Below the pieces are notes generated by a model, which was given only the letters and a program-made list of their open reading frames with translations, made no database searches and was not told the DNA's origin. A DNA stretch of 64,000 nt from Octopus bimaculoides (taxonomy: Eukaryota), in contig NC_068997.1 in assembly GCF_001194135.2 (NCBI RefSeq), positions 34,647,673 to 34,711,672 of the forward strand, written 5' to 3'. This document shows, in pieces, positions 25,510-40,394 of the stretch (within the stretch, counting starts at the first letter, position 1; the number at the start of each line of letters is the position of its first letter). A program made the translations under genes and the position numbers.

Positions 25510-28200
25510 ATATGAGAACGATAAATCACTGCTCCGAAATGTATCCAGAAACATCGGAAATAAACACATCCCATGGAGCCAAACATAGCTGACAAAAGGT
25601 TGGACTATATCCGAGTAAGTAATACTCATTGAAATTTATTTCTATTTTTCCAAATATAATGATGTATTTTAACTTAATACCTCCACTACCCACACAGCGA
25701 ACGTAAACACGCTTGTTACATCAACACCAGACCATCTCCGAAACCAAACACCATGTACAAAAAAATTACAAACAGATTAAATAATACCGGTATTATTCCA
25801 CCCAAGAATAACAACCGAGAAGTGCGTACTGTAAGCTTGTTACGCAAAAAGTACGAAGATCTGAACGTGCAAAACAATCTGACAACAGAAATGAACGCAC
25901 CGGTACCCTACGAAAGCGATGACCGTCAAAATAAAGGGCCGGACATTGTCCCTCGTGTCCCGCAAACAAAACCAAAACGGCATAAATGGACACGTGAGGA
26001 ATACATTTCGATCCTATTTGCCTATTTCACAGCAGTGCTCTACCCAAAAAACGAAAATGCAACACCATATACATATAAAATATGGAAGAAAAATAATCTA
26101 AATAAAGACCTGGATACAATAATGAACCTTAATAAACTAGCTAACACACGAAGATATATTCTCAAAGCAAAAAATATCAGAAATAGAAATAGAACAATTG
26201 AAAGGAAAAATACATCAGGAAAATCTAGATAGTAGCCACACAACAATGCCAAATAATAATATAAACACTGAGAAAGTAAAACACGAAGACAAACGTAACA
26301 TTTCCACTAAAAACGAAGTAAACAAAAACCAACAAACCCAGACCGTAGAGATGTATAATAATGTACAAAAAGCACCAATCCAGAACACCACAGACAAACA
26401 TATGAATGAAAAGGAAGGCAAAACAAATCTAAAACCTGGGAATAACGAAGGGAAACCTAATGAATATGATAACATGAAAATGAAAATAATCAAAGAACTG
26501 AAAACCACAGATCTTAGAATGGACCACAGATTATATCTCCCAGAAATCAAAATAGAAAATAAAACAACATCAATAATAAATAGCATAAACCTGGCCCTCA
26601 CGCCAGGTTTATGCTACAACTGGCAACATCACTGAGCTAAATGACATAATATATGCGGCAGCGACTGCAGCCACAAGAGAAGCAGGATACTACCTCAAAC
26701 CCATCCGAACAGGAGTTCCACCACCCAAAAAGACCATGTGGATAAATAATATCCAAAAGAAAATTAAAAAAAAGAGAAAAGATCTATCGATTCTCAACGA
26801 AATTAGTAGACAATCAACACAACTAAGTAACAAGAAGAAAACAAAAATACTGTACAAATACAACATTACAGAAAAAGATTTATCTGAGGCAAAAGAAAAA
26901 CTAAAGCAAGATATCCTGACTAAAGCACATAGGATCCGCCGGCATGAGAAACGTCAACGTTTCTTTAAACAAAACACACAGTTCAAATCCAACCCCAAAA
27001 CATTCTACCAAGAACTGGGTAAAAATAAAATAGACATTACTGCAGCATCAACAGCAGAAGAAGTGGAAGAATCTTGGAAAGAAACATGGTCGATGAAGCA
27101 ACAACCTCAGAAAAGGACCATTAAAACAACGAACTTAGCCCCTGAGCAACTCCGGACCCCTATAACAACTGAAGAGGTCACCCAGGCACTGCAAAGACTA
27201 AGCAACCGGAAGGCACCTGGGCACGACAAGATCCCCAACTTCTGGTTAAAATACCTGACAGGAATGCACAAAAAGCTGGCTGAAAACTTTAACAACATAC
27301 TAGCAGAGCCAGAGACAATGCCTGAATGGCTCACGAAAGGGAAAACCATCTTAATTCCCAAATCCACGGAAACGGAGAAACCACAAAACTACAGACCTAT
27401 AACCTATCTCCCTACGATCTACAAAGCCTTTCCTGCAATAATATCGCANNNNNNNNNNTCTCTCCACTCCTGTTCTGCCTGGCACTCACACCTTTAACTG
27501 AATTGCTAAATAGAACTGGATGCGGATACAAATGTTACGGCAAAACAGTCAGCCACCTTTTATATATGGATGACCTAAAATTATAAAGAGCTGGAAACAC
27601 TACTACAGACAGTACATGGATTTACCAAGGAAATAGATATGAAATTTGGATTAGAAAAATGTGCCAAAGCAACCCTGAAAAGAGGAAAACTAGTTAAGAG
27701 TAGTAACATCACACTAGATAAAGCCAATGAAATAAGAGAATTAGACGAAAGCCGGCCATACAAATATTTGGGAATCAATGAACTAGATAGAATACAACAC
27801 ACAAATGAAAGAGAAAATAAAGAAAGAGTACTATAGACGAGTTAGATCAATGCTAAAAACAAGATAATAGGTATTAACACTTTAACCGTCCCAGTTATAG
27901 TTATAAGTTACAGCTACAATATCCTTAACTGGACACTAAATGAACTATCTGAAATAGACAGGAAAACAAGAAAAATAATGACAGGATCTAAGATGCACCA
28001 CCAAAAATCTGACATAGAAAGGCTATATATACAACGTACAGAAGGCGGTAGGGGTCTTACACAGCTGGAAAACTATTATAAAACAACCACCATAGGACTG
28101 CAAAAATACCTACTTCAGAAGCAAGGAAAACTAATACAAAACACGAGCAAAACAAAAAACTGTTTTCAGTATTTAAGGAAGCTGACAAATACAAACAAGA
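25321..28200 (+). mobile_element. R4/Dong-like LINE with 5' region intact and 3' (zinc knuckle/REL) part missing
   Basis: N-terminal KRHKWTREEY...Y motif (25753..26232). RT: KAPGHDKIPNFWLK, NYRPITYLPTIYK, SPLLFCLAL, YMDDLKL, KFGLEKCA, EGGRGL. Frameshifted. Confidence 0.85.
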
Positions 28201-28825
28201 AATCATATTTGTTTCTCCTCTCAAAATATTATCTGGCTAGATTTATATTGGACTGGAACTTCTGTAAGGAAAAGACCACTTTACCCAAGGCCGATGCGAC
28301 CACCCGTCCACCCCACCACCTCTGCCTCGTATTCAAACTGGGAGCGAGACAATATTTTTTGTGCTTGTATAAAGGCTAATGAACACTTACGAGGCAACGG
28401 CCACCAAAATAGCATATACCTAAGAGNNNNNNNNNNNNNNNNNNNNNNNNNNNNNNNNNNNNNNNNNNNNNNNNNNNNNNNNNNNNNNNNNNNNNNNNNN
28501 NNNNNNNNNNNNNNNNNNNNNNNNNNNNNNNNNNNNNNNNNNNNNNNNNNNNNNNNNNNNNNNNNNNNNNNNNNNNNNNNNNNNNNNNNNNNNNNNNNNN
28601 NNNNNNNNNNNNNNNNNNNNNNNNNNNNNNNNNNNNNNNNNNNNNNNNNNNNNNNNNNNNNNNNNNNNNNNNNNNNNNNNNNNNNNNNNNNNNNNNNNNN
28701 NNNNNNNNNNNNNNNNNNNNNNNNNNNNNNNNNNNNNNNNNNNNNNNNNNNNNNNNNNNNNNNNNNNNNNNNNNNNNNNNNNNNNNNNNNNNNNNNNNNN
28801 NCTTTGTTTATCCTCTCAAAATATT

Positions 28826-28932
28826 CTTTTCTACTTTAGGTACAAGGCCCGAAATTGTGGGGAGGAGGGGCCAGTCGATTACAAAGGATGAAAAGCAAAG
28901 TCAACCTCGGCGGAATTTGAACTCAGAACGTA
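28826..28932 (-). mobile_element. Truncated SINE family B with a 16-bp target-site duplication
   Basis: ATCCTCTCAAAATATT at 28810-28825 and 28933-28948; the body shares AAAGTCAACCTCGGCGGAATTTGAACTCAGAACGTA with other B copies. Confidence 0.8.
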
Positions 28933-29239
28933 ATCCTCTCAAAATATTATCTGGCTAGATTTATATTGGACTGGAACTTCTGTAAGGAAAAGACCACTTT
29001 ACCCAAGGCCGATGCGACCACCCGTCCACCCCACCACCTCTGCCTCGTATTCAAACTGGGAGCGAGACAATATTTTTTGTGCTTGTATAAAGGCTAATGA
29101 ACACTTACGAGGCAACGGCCACCAAAATAGCATATACCTAAGAGGCAGAAGCAATCGTTACACTTGAACACCCCTTCTAGGAGACGGAAACTCCAAAAAC
29201 TAAACCAACATTACAGGAATCCTATATCCTAGGATGGAG

Positions 29240-31812
29240 ATCCTGTCAGTGGTGGTGTCACGGGAAAATATGCTGGTGGTAGAGCAAACTAAAATTCACT
29301 GACCCTCATCATGAGTGCTGAAATGTTAAATAAAAATAGAAATGAGAACGGCGTGAATGAGGCTGGAACACCTTGTGAAGGTCTCTCGTCAGGCGGGTGC
29401 CCCACAGATAGAGCAGCGTGGGCCCAGTCGTCATCAAGCATCTGCTAAAAGAAGGTAGACGAAAGAAATGAATGTGGCTGTAATGGAGTGTTACTTTCTG
29501 GATAATTCGAGAAATGTTAACGAAGTACCCGCAAGGGGATATGAGGAAAATGCACAGGGCATGGAGCGACAGAGGCCTATTTGAATTAAGTGAACAAAAT
29601 CTGTGTGACCAAGCTAGAGCCATCAGAAAGAATGAATGATTATTTCCAGTTGAACTAGAAAGCATTAAGAGACGGGTGTTTAGGGATAGTAAGACTAAAG
29701 GTGAACGGAAGGATGAGGAAGAGAATGCAGATAGTGAAATTATAGCAGGGGAGTTAAGGGAAGAAAGCGAGCATGAGGCTGAGATTATTGATCAAGAAAG
29801 CGATGAGAGAACCGAGGAAGAGATATCCATTTTAAATGAAATCATTGATATTTCGACCTCTGGTGAACAGAGCTTTCATACGGGGTTTAAAAAAGTAGAC
29901 AGAAAGAAGAAACTCAATGAATGGGTCAGGAAGATAAATGTTATCATTCGTGATATCAGGACTGACAACATCACAAACACCAACAATACGATAAATGCAA
30001 TTTCAATCTTTATATCCCGGAAGTTAGGTTTGAAAGCCAAAGGTAAATGTCAACATAACCTGAAGGAACCATGGTAGAAAAAGCAAATAACGAGACCAGA
30101 AAGCATATTAATGTTCTGGAACGGAAAAAGAGAAATGAGGCTCAAGAAGAGAAATATGTTGAGCTAGCGAGGAAGTATAGAGAGGAGTATCCCAGATAGT
30201 ATTCAGGGCTTTTGGCTTAAAAATTTGACAGCTCTGCACAGGAGAAGTGCGAAACAGTTGGACGAAATACTGAGTAGTGACATCCAAGTACCGGCCTGGA
30301 TGACGAAAGGAAGAACGGTACTATGCCAGAAGAGAAGTAAAGGGAAAGCGGCTGGAAATTTCCGACCAATACCTTGTTTGCCACTATTGTGGAAACTGAT
30401 GACAGGCATCATATCAAACAGCATCTATAAGTACCTAGATGAGAACGACCTAGTGGAACAAAAAGGGTGTAGACGTAAGGAGGAACGAATGCTCAATCAC
30501 TAATCGATAAGACTATTCTAGCTGGTTACAGGAAAGCATATGACATGATCCCACACTCGTGGATTATTGAATGCCTTAAACTGCTTAAGGTCTCACACAA
30601 TATCCTGAAGTTAATAAAATATTCAATGACAACGTGTCAAACTGAACTCACAACATGGAGAGATAAGCTGGGAGAGGTAACTATCATAAAAGGAATCTTT
30701 CAAGGGGACAGTCTGTCGCCTCTTTTTGTTGTCTGCATACTGCTACTAACGAATTTTTTTAAGAAAGATGCATGTGGGGTACAGGCTAGGCAAGGTGAAA
30801 GTAAACAACCTGTGGTTTATGGATGGCCCAATGCTATTCGCTAAAAGACTGAGAAAGAAATTGAGAGTTTGACAGCAACTCTGCAGATGATTAGCAAAGA
30901 TATTGGCATGGAATTGGGGATCGAAACATGTGACGTAATAATTCTCAAAAGGGGGAAAATAAGTAAAAGCCATGGAATCAAGCTGAAAAGTGGTGAAACT
31001 ATGAAACAAGTCGGAGAGGAAAGATATAAGTACCTAGGTAACATTGAAAGAGATAAGATGAATGAACACAAGATGAAAGAAATGTACAGGAAAGTGTATT
31101 TGAGGAGATATTGGCTTGTGATCCAATCGAAGCTAAATAGTCGCTATAAGATTAGAGTAATTAACACGTGAGCTGTTGCTTTGATGAGATATGGGGCAGG
31201 AATAGTATCTTGAAAGAAGCATGAATTACAATAGATAGACAGGAGAACACGAAAATTAATGACAATGAACGAGGAACTACAGCCCAAGAGAGATGTGTCA
31301 AGATTGTGTGTAAAGAGGAAGGAAGGAGGACGGAGATTAGTGTGTTGTGAAAGTTGTGTAAGCGATGAGGAGAATAGGCTGGCTTGGTATGTCAAGGGGA
31401 GTAAAGAAGAAATGATTGAAGTAGTGAAAATGCAGGGAACCTTAAAAGTTAACGAAGCCGTAGAACCAACACAATTTAAGAAAGACCAAAGAGAACAGAT
31501 GCAGAAAATTTGGAATGACAAGAAAATACAGTCAGTTCTTGAAGAATAAAGATGAGATTGATTGGAATAGAACCTAGCAATGGCTGCAGAAAGGAGACTT
31601 AAAAGGGCCCAAGCTCTCAGAATAAACTACTCCAAATATCACATTGATGAAATCACTGCTCGCCACAGTGTAGGATGTGCTCTGAGAAGGGAGAAAGTAT
31701 AAGCCATACCAAAATGAAGTAGATTGAGAAGTTTATTTTGAACTTGTGGAAGACCTATGAGATGTCGAAATATTGTTCATTCGATAACAGTCGCACTCTT
31801 CTTATTGTTTCT
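29240..31812 (+). mobile_element. Degraded R4/Dong-like LINE with internal deletions, ending at (AAT)n
   Basis: AVMECYF...QNLCDQARAIRKN N-terminus; FRPIPCLPLLWKLMT, GIFQGDSLSP, KEGGR, then a zinc-knuckle remnant near 31670. Confidence 0.85.
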
Positions 31813-33719
<1,907 letters not shown>

Positions 33720-34100
33720 TGGTAGTGCTATTATTACTTTTTCCTTTAGGGGCTTTTTTAGTTTGAACTAGTTGTCTTATATTGCTGTTCGGCTTTTCTA
33801 CTTCCTGGTCTTTCTTTTCCAGTTCTCTTGTGATCTCCTTCACCTCCACTTCTGTCTTCCACTTTCTTCTATCATAACGTTAGCTTGGTCTACTAGTCTC
33901 TATTCGTTTTCTATAACTCTTTTCGGTTCACTTTCTAAGTAGCACTGCATCACTATCCTGTTTTCTTCGCTAGTCCACTTTCTTCACCTTACTCTATTAT
34001 CTGCTGTTGCTGTCTTAGGATAACAACTGTGGTCAGTCTGCATCTATAATGAAATACTGCCGAGCGAGAGGCCCTTCCTGAAAGGTCCAGTCTATTATAA
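33720..34100 (-). mobile_element. N-terminal fragment of an R4/Dong-like ORF
   Basis: Minus strand reads KWTSEENRIVMQCYLESEP...LVDQANV. Confidence 0.6.
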
Positions 34101-34569
34101 TCTGAGGTAAGGTAATGTTCATCACTATCGTCATCATCACTGTTATTATTCGACATCTGGTAGATTCAGGTAATTTTCTATTGCATCACTTGCTGTGCTT
34201 TCGTGCTTGTGAATTGTGTACAGTATTGTTCTTGCTTTTCCTTTTATTTTCTTGTCGTATGAGGAATATTGTATTGCATCATTACGTTTTATTATGGGGT
34301 TTAGTTTGAGTCTTCTGTTGTATTAATATTTGCATTGTGTATTGCTTGTTTGTGCAGGTTGTGTTCTTTTGTTGGGTATCGAGCCTTTATGGTACATGTT
34401 GTGAGGTTTGTTCTTTTTATTGGGTATTCGCTGTATGAGTTTATTCCTGTATTTGAGGGGGCGGGGGTGTTGCATTTCAGTGTGCGTATATCACTTCACT
34501 GGAGTCGTTGTTATCTGTTTTTGGTGGGTGAGGGTTTTGTTATTCGTTTGGGCAGTGACATTAAGAGAT

Positions 34570-37265
34570 GAGTGCGTCTTTAAGATTACCACAATTAAAA
34601 GGTACCAACAGACAGAAAACTGTTAGATATGACCGGTAGATTTTGTTATCAATACGATAGATGCTAAAAATGTAGGTGGTACTAAAGTATTGATATATAC
34701 AGGAGGGATAGTACTTACTAGAAGATTAGTTCTTCCTCAAAGAAACATCAGAAAAGAGTAAATGTGGGAAAAGAGATTATAAAATAAAGTGAAGACTTTG
34801 AGACAAGATCTGAGTAGAATAGAAGCCTGTAAACTGAACAAGTTAAGGAACGCAAATTTATATCATCTGCTGAGAAAAGATACGTAGTCAAAGAGAAAGG
34901 ATTTGGGATAACCATGGAAGAGTTGAAACAGCGTATCATAGCAGTAACAGGCGACCTTTCCAGATATCAGAAAAGAACAGATGAGTATCAACACAATAGA
35001 TTATTTGAGATAGACCAGAGGAGATTTTATAGCCAAATAAATAGAGAAGAAAATACTGAAAATAAGAAACCTAATGCAAAAGAAAGTAGAAAGTTCTGGA
35101 GTAGTATTGGGTTGGCAACTAAGTTCCCGTTGTTTTATCAAATTTTGGAATCTGTTTTTTTTCGAGAATTCTATTTTTGAATCATTTTGGAATCTATTTT
35201 GCTTTTTTTCCTAGTTACTTTCAGTTAATTTTTGTTTATTTTCAGGATTATTAAAACAGAATGTCAAGTTAAAAAAAACCGAACGTTTTCGATACCTCCT
35301 TTTTGCTTTTAATCAAGATTCTAAGGCCGCAAAAGCTGCTCGTGACATTTGTGCTCTGTATGGGGAGGGTGCCATAGTTGAAAGAACCGCTCGTGATTGG
35401 TATGCCAAGTTCAAAAATGGAAATTTTGACCTCAAAGACACACCTTATTCTGGTCGTTCAGTTGAGTTCGATGAAGAGCGATTAAACCAACTTTTGTACG
35501 AAAATTCTCGTCAAACGACAAGGAAACTAGCAGAGAGAATGNNNNNNNNNNNNNNNNNNNNNNNNNNNNNNNNNNNNNNNNNNNNNNNNNNNNNNNNNNN
35601 NNNNNNNNNNNNNNNNNNNNNNNNNNNNNNNNNNNNNNNNNNNNNNNNNNNNNNNNNNNNNGGGATTATCCATTACGAATTGCTTGAACGGAATCAAACG
35701 GTCAACGTGGAACTCTTTTGTTCAACAGATGGAAACGACTCTACACGACTATTCAAGAGAAAAGACCTAATCGTCAGCATGGAGTTCTTCTGCTGCACAA
35801 CAACGCTCACCCTCATATCGCCAATATGATCAAGGAAACCATTCAAACGCATGGCTGGGAAGTGCTGCCACACCCGCCGTACTCTCCTGATTTGGCACCA
35901 ACAGATTTCCACCTCTTTCGATCTCTTTCAAATGCTATGCGCAGAGTTTCGTTCAATACTGATGCAGAATTGAGAGCTTGGTTGGATCAGTTTTTCGAGT
36001 CGAAATCAGGTGATTTCTACCAACTAGGTATTGAAAATCTTGTCGAACGTTGGGAAGAAATTGTAAACAACAAGGGTGAATACATTACTGATTAATTAGT
36101 TGTTATTTTTTACTAAACTTTTTAAAAAGTTCAATTTAAAAAAACGGTGGGAACTCAGTTGCGAACCCAATATTTGCGATAAGCCAGTTAATCATAATGG
36201 AGATGTTGCATGATTAAAGAAAGTAAGGGAAGAAGTAGTGAATGAGTAGCAGCCATATCTAAGCCTAACTAGTGCATTAATGAGTAAATCGTTAGGAATG
36301 ATGCCGAATTGAAAGGACCCAGGACCAGATTTAGTTCAAGGTTACTGGTTAAAGGAATTTAGTAGTTTATAAGGGAGACTGAGGGAATAACTCCAGGATT
36401 ACCTGAAGAAGGTTAGAGTAATGTATGATCTATTATACATAGATAAAGAAGTTCAGTATGAAGTAAAACTAGAGATATAAACTTACCAATAGCATGGATA
36501 GATTATGACCCTATGACATGATTTCACACTCATGGATCAGTGAATGTTTGTATATATCCAGTATTGCAGACAGCATAAGAGAATTAATTAGCTTTAGCAT
36601 GAAGAAATGGAAAGTAGGTCTCCACACAGGAGACTCGTTATCCCCTTTAATATTTGCCTCATGCTTAATCTCTCTCAGTTTAGTATTAGGGAAGGCAAAA
36701 GCAAGGTATCAGTTCAGAAATAGTAAAGGAAAAATTACCCATTTGTTTTAAAATACATTTGAAGCATTTTAGTTAGAATAAAAAAAAGAGAGAGAGAGAG
36801 AGAGAGATTCCTTAATACAAACTGCAAGACTTCTGCAGATATAGACATGGAACTTGGCATAGATAAGTGTGCAATATTAGTCATAAAAATGGGACAGGGA
36901 GTCCGCAGTGAAGGCATCCAATTTCCAGATGGTCAGGCACTAAAATGACTAAAAGGAGTGAGTTATAAATATCTAGGAATACTAGAAACTGATAGAGTAC
37001 CAACTATAGAAATGAAAACAAAAATAGGAAAGGAGTACATCAGACGGGTAAGCTAATGAAGTCAAAGTTAGATGTTCTGAATCTAGATTTAGAACATCTA
37101 GCTTTGACTTCGTTAGCTGTAAATACTTAAGCAGTATCATTACTTAGATACTCAGCAGCTTTCATAAACTGGACAAAATCTGAATTAGCGAATTTAGACA
37201 CAAGAACTAGGAAGGAATTCAATATAAATGAAGAACTTCGCCCAAGAGTAGGAGCAGCAAGATTA
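34570..37265 (+). mobile_element. R4/Dong-like LINE interrupted by a mariner
   Basis: MEELKQRIIA...RYQKR...NRLF...RRFY...RKFWSS before the insertion; DKPVNHN, SHSWI, GDSLSPLIF, DKCA and YKYLG after it. Confidence 0.8.
35107..36170 (+). mobile_element. Mariner (DD34D) DNA transposon with TIRs and TA TSD
   Basis: TA|TTGGGTTGGCAACTAAGTTCCC ... GGGAACTCAGTTGCGAACCCAA|TA. Transposase has HPPYSPDLAPTDFHLF with 34-residue spacing; the second catalytic D reads N (HNNA). Gap at 35542-35661. Confidence 0.95.
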
Positions 37266-37269
37266 TACT

Positions 37270-37567
37270 TTGGGGTTTGGATAATTCATCTTTGGAAACA
37301 TGGGCGTTTCGTTCAAAATCCTTAAACAACCCTTATTCAGGGACCTTTTGAGCGAGATGGGTTACTCGACCTGAAGAAAATTCTAACTGAGCCCCACTTG
37401 TAAGGTCATGCGTTGTTTATCTTGATGTGAGATCACTATGTCGCGCATATATAGTTTTGATGCATGTGCCTGGTGTACCCTTATCAGAGGGGTAGTCATG
37501 GTGGGTATACTGGGATTCGTATATTTTACCCAGTATGACTCTGATGGCATGCACTGCTCTCTCACTC
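37270..37567 (+). mobile_element. Retroposon family E, left-truncated copy
   Basis: Matches 32190-32206, 33542-33668 and 42636-42741; followed by an A/AAT-rich tail. Confidence 0.75.
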
Positions 37568-38147
37568 GTTAATAATTAAAAAAAAAAATTTTTTTAATAA
37601 TAATAATAATAATAATNNNNNNNNNNNNNNNNNNNNNNNNNNNNNNNNNNNNNNNNNNNNNNNNNNNNNNNNNNNNNNNNNNNNNNNNNNNNNNNNNNNN
37701 NNNNNNNNNNNNNNNNNNNNNNNNNNNNNNNNNNNNNNNNNNNNNNNNNNNNNNNNNNNNNNNNNNNNNNNNNNNNNNNNNNNNNNNNNNNNNNNNNNNN
37801 NNNNNNNNNNNNNNNNNNNNNNNNNNNNNNNNNNNNNNNNNNNNNNNNNNNNNNNNNNNNNNNNNNNNNNNNNNNNNNNNNNNNNNNNNNNNNNNNNNNN
37901 NNNNNNNNNNNNNNNNNNNNNNNNNNNNNNNNNNNNNNNNNNNNNNNNNNNNNNNNNNNNNNNNNNNNNNNNNNNNNNNNNNNNNNNNNNNNNNNNNNNN
38001 NNNNNNNNNNNNNNNCTTAAATACATGTTTTACCTGTGAATTTGCGTGTGTAAACTGGGAATGCATACAACGAGTTTCTCTGCCCTAGGTGTACGGAAAA
38101 CACTCGGAGAGAAATGGAAGAAAATTTGAAGAAAGAAGAAAAAAAAC

Positions 38148-38220
<73 letters not shown>

Positions 38221-38255
38221 TGATGATAATAATAATAATGATAATAATGATAATA
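38148..38255. repeat. (AAT)n/(GAT)n microsatellite
   Basis: Direct reading. Confidence 0.9.
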
Positions 38256-39607
38256 AGTAAATAAATGAATAAATAACATCTATAACAACAACGCAGAGAG
38301 TGGGATAGATAATGAATGACTTACGCTGAAGAAAGCGTCTAGAATTGAACAACCAATGGAGCAGACGAAGCAGACAGTGAAGCAGACAGTGAAGCCAAGC
38401 AGATCTACCAGAATATCCAGACCATTTAACAAAATTTATCGCCAGATATCGCTAGAATATGAAAGTTAAAAGGTGGAAATATGAAAGGTAATCATTGGGA
38501 AGAATTCAATTTGGGAAAATTATTGCAAGTTCGTAAATGCATGTACTATTTTCTGCTTCAGTGATTTCCTCATTGATTTCTTTATTAATTGATTGGATCG
38601 ATTTTTCCCCCATATGATCAGACAACGCGGATCTAACCATTCATGAAGCAGTTCATTAAACAACTACAATACTTCGAATTCATGTTATATGAAATTGGTT
38701 TGTTTTGTTACAGATCCTCCTATTTATTATTCCTCACTATAAAGCAGCAGATCATAACGAAGTGACGACACTTTCAATTCGTGTGAACTGCTCATCTGTA
38801 AAGCAGCATCTGGTGGGAAACACTTCGGCATTAGAGTGGAACTGAGTAGGAAAAGGTTGGGTCTGAAACTGCCATTTTTATCTATCCTGCCTCAAACACA
38901 TTTAGATGCAGCTTACTATATGGAGCAACTACAAGGCTGAAGCAAAAAAGTACACACCTATAAACACACATACACATGTACATGCATGTGCGATAAAAAA
39001 TTGATTATCCACTTAAGCGATGTCACTGAGATACACTTACGAATGCATAAGGGTACTGCAATTCGTATTGCCTACATCTATGCACGTTTTCACAGCTATA
39101 TTTGCACATAAACAAATTTATATATATATATGTGTGTGTGTGTTTGTGTGTATATCTATATATATATANNNNNNNNNNNNNNNNNNNNNNNNNNNNNNNN
39201 NNNNNNNNNNNNNNNNNNNNNNNNNNNNNNNNNNNNNNNNNNNNNNNNNNNNNNNNNNNNNNNNNNNNNNNNNNNNNNNNNNNNNNNNNNNNNNNNNNNN
39301 NNNNNNNNNNNNNNNNNNNNNNNNNNNNNNNNNNNNNNNNNNNNNNNNNNNNNNNNNNNNNNNNNNNNNNNNNNNNNNNNNNNNNNNNNNNNNNNNNNNN
39401 NNNNNNNNNNNNNNNNNNNNNNNNNNNNNNNNNNNNNNNNNNNNNNNNNNNNNNNNNNTCTATCTATCTATCTATCTTTGTGTGTGTATACACACGCACA
39501 TAGGTGTGTATATATACATATATATATACGACAGGCTTCTTTCAGTTTTTGTCCACCAAATCCACTCACAAGGCTTTGGTCGGCCTGGCTTTTGTCAATT
39601 AAGCCTA

Positions 39608-40068
39608 CCATAGGTTTCATGTGAAGCAAAATAGGAAAATATCGTAGTGTCTTAACAATCTCTCAAGCTGATTACATGGAGAACGGTGTTAACCTCCATT
39701 TTGGAAAACACAGCCTCGTTTAGTTCGCAGTGATTCTCGTTAATTCTTGTGAATTGTATGCTGAGTATCTCAGCACACAAGTATATGAGCACCATATCCA
39801 AACCAAAAACAAAATAATGCAAATGAATAGACCTCTCTACACTTTGGCCAAAATACAAATCCAAGGGAGACAGACATTCAAAATATTCCACCCAAGAGTA
39901 ATGCCCCTTGATTCATTGTTTTATTCAGGAGAATTCACGAGAATCTTTGCGAACTAAACGAGGCTGTGTTCTCCAAAATGGAGGCGAACATCTTTCTCCA
40001 TGCGCTCAGCTTGGGAAATTGTTAAGACACTAAATATTTTCCTACTTTTCTTAACATGAAACTAATGG
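39608..40068. mobile_element. MITE-like element with ~140-bp imperfect TIRs and TA flanks
   Basis: Arms 39606-39747 and about 39929-40070; TA|CCATAGGTTTCATG ... CATGAAACTAATGG|TA. Confidence 0.7.
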
Positions 40069-40164
40069 TAATATATATGTGTGTGTGTATGTATGTCTCT
40101 CTCTGTTTTCTCTTTCTCTCTCTCCCACTCTCTCTCTTTCTCACTCTCTTTGTGTATGCATATA

Positions 40165-40355
40165 CTCACCTGGCAAAAATGAGTTGTACCTGTATTTCAA
40201 AGTGCTAGCCTTGTCACATTCTGTGTCACGCTGGAACTCTCTGAGAACTACGTTAGGAGTTATCCCTGTCTCCGGAGTGGTCAGCAAATTGTACGTTAAT
40301 TTCATGAGCAGGTTGTTCTGTTGAACGGATCAGCTGGAACCATCGTCGTAACCTA
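40165..40355 (+). mobile_element. SINE family C body fragment
   Basis: Shares TGTATTTCAAA..GC.AGCCTTGTCACA...GAGAACTACGTTA with 6826-7172. Confidence 0.7.
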
Positions 40356-40394
40356 TGGAGTGCCAGTGAGTGAGTATATATACATATGTACCTC

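Noticed and set aside
38714-38845. Possible host exon after a good acceptor (TTTTGTTACAG)
   Set aside because: The only open frame ends in a stop, with no recognisable domain and no partner exons.
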